From: Podarcis filfolensis
Taxonomy: Eukaryota
Strand: one strand, 5' to 3'
Length of the DNA stretch: 64,000 nucleotides
NCBI GenBank assembly: GCA_964270895.1
Contig: OZ185436.1
The position numbers and the translations under genes were made by a program. The notes beneath the pieces are model-generated. The model was not told where the DNA came from. It searched no databases and saw only the letters and a list, made by a program, of their open reading frames with translations. This document shows, in pieces, positions 63,802 to 64,000 of the stretch (positions within the stretch are counted from its first letter, which is position 1; each line of letters begins with the position of its first letter).

Positions 63802-64000
63802 GTAAGTGGCATGCCTCTGAATATCATTTGCTGTGGAATATGAGTTTTGTATCTAAAAGAGGGGAGTTTGTAGCAGAAACAACTGCTGAACTGGTCAAGC
63901 CAGTTTCTTCACTGAGCTAATGGCGTAGCTGGGATTGTAAGCATACTCATCTGCATGACAGTGAAGCTTTGCCATAGAGACAATTGGGTGATGATACTTT

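Overview
This is vertebrate genomic DNA from a squamate reptile, probably a lacertid lizard (inferred from Sauria SINEs, a BovB tail and young CR1 and pogo-type elements). It is mostly gene-poor and rich in transposable elements, and nearly all ORFs in the supplied track are chance ORFs or TE fragments. The one well-supported host gene is a spliced minus-strand HMGA-family (AT-hook) gene. Its coding exons 5262-5354 and 1688-1771 give MSNTGKQAGPGSTVPTELPKRKRGRPRKQPQ/EPVGPLPPKKPRGRPKGSKKLSAGSGQM. As far as I recall those proteins, this matches neither HMGA1 nor HMGA2 orthologues, so it may be a third paralogue; its remaining exons would lie left of the window. The rest of the window holds a young 5'-truncated L1 with a 16-bp TSD, two near-identical CR1 3' ends, four Sauria SINEs, a decayed hAT transposase, a URR1/OC1-like hAT element with a perfect 8-bp TSD, a decayed Gypsy gag-pol, two solo-LTR-like elements, many MITEs and microsatellites, and two unassigned candidate plus-strand exons. 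The unusual structures are a perfect 66-bp inverted templated insertion inside a SINE tail, 40-70 bp duplications flanking SINEs, a BovB/CR1 head-to-head fusion, and an LTR-like element with residual acidic-then-basic coding potential. All coordinates and alignments were done by eye, without tools.
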